A DNA stretch of 64,000 bases from Oscillospiraceae bacterium (GTDB lineage: Bacteria > Bacillota > Clostridia > Oscillospirales > SIG627), in NCBI GenBank assembly GCA_034925865.1, contig JAYFRN010000030.1, positions 1,797-65,796 on the forward strand, read 5' to 3'. The notes under the pieces were generated by a model. The model made no database searches and was not told the origin of the DNA. It saw only the letters and a list, made by a program, of their open reading frames with translations. Position numbers and translations under genes: made by a program. Below, one piece after another: positions 63,513 to 64,000 of this stretch; position 1 is the first letter of the stretch; each line of letters opens with the position of its first letter.

Positions 63513-64000
63513 ATGCTGGAATATAAAATTTCCGAATACTCTGTATACGGCAAATGCCTTTTCGTTAAATTTGGCGCGGTAGAGCTGATTTCCGGGCTTG
63601 CTCTTGGACCGCGTATATTATCCTTGAAGCTCGGCGGCGGGCAGAATGTTTTCTACAATGATGTGGATTTTAAAACTCATCAGGACGGCGATGTATTCAA
63701 AGCTGTGTTCGGCAAAGATTCATTCTGGAGACTTTACGGTGGTCACAGGCTTTGGGCTTCTCCGGAAATAATGCCTGTCACATATTATCCGGACAACGAT
63801 CAAATTGAATATAATATAAACGGCAATACCCTGTCGCTTTCGCAGAGAACACAGCGTGTAACTGGTATGAAGCTCGATATTTCACTGAAATTCGGATATG
63901 AGAAAAACGAAAACTCCATTCTCGTATCTCACAGAATTGAAAATACGCTTGATGAGCAAAAGAAAATAACGGCATGGGCGCTTTCTGTTATGGCGCCGGG
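63513..64000 (+). CDS. Hypothetical protein, 3' partial (runs off the window)
   Basis: ATG 63513 is preceded by AGGAG and the frame stays open to the window end (162 codons). Contains YGGHRLWASPE. A mutarotase-like/DUF4380-type assignment is only a guess. Confidence 0.6.
   Translation, partial: MLEYKISEYSVYGKCLFVKFGAVELISGLALGPRILSLKLGGGQNVFYNDVDFKTHQDGDVFKAVFGKDSFWRLYGGHRLWASPEIMPVTYYPDNDQIEYNINGNTLSLSQRTQRVTGMKLDISLKFGYEKNENSILVSHRIENTLDEQKKITAWALSVMAP

Noticed and set aside
1-64000. Prophage, integrative element, toxin-antitoxin, restriction-modification or other known defence-system genes.
   Set aside because: I recognised no integrase, transposase, recombinase, Cas, methylase/endonuclease pair or phage structural motifs in any of the six frames. 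This is absence of evidence from motif reading only, not from a database search.

Overview
This 64 kb window looks like a chromosomal segment of a moderate-GC Firmicute. Gene content suggests Clostridia: an iorAB-paaK-ACT operon, perR-rubrerythrin, a corrinoid methyltransferase module, TmcAL, and a rimP-nusA-ylxR-L7Ae-infB-rbfA-nrnA operon. That taxonomic placement is inference only. I support about 57 protein-coding genes, mostly housekeeping, from motifs read in the translations; I could not run any similarity search. I recognised no rRNA, tRNA, CRISPR array, transposase, integrase, restriction or Cas genes, so there is no obvious mobile or defence island. The unusual signals fall into six groups. 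(1) Two families of short dispersed structured repeats. Family 1 is a GGCTTCTT-TGAA-AAGAAGCC hairpin core present in 5 copies; two copies supply the last codons and the stop codon of trmK and maf. It extends into a 142-143 bp tandem array between trmK and nif3 and a composite inverted copy showing compensatory stem changes. Family 2 is a ~110 bp AT-rich MITE-like element with terminal inverted repeats, sitting just after the stops of several genes. (2) A giant surface-protein ORF has a complete sortase sorting signal mid-ORF, running without a stop into a signal peptide. (3) An 837-aa membrane protein keeps the P1B-type ATPase layout, but every catalytic motif is replaced and the N-terminus is a ~290-aa disordered region; a 17-codon leader ORF precedes it. 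(4) An 86 bp tandem triplication covers the 3' end of rubrerythrin. (5) A corrinoid protein / RACE activator / MtaA-like module is apparently co-transcribed with a GH2 glycosidase. (6) Several well-expressed-looking but unassignable genes: a five-gene cluster at 37.5-39.9 kb, a 20-cysteine protein, and a Rad50-like ATPase with a transmembrane hairpin coupled to recG. All functional names come from motif recognition and should be confirmed with HMM or BLAST searches.
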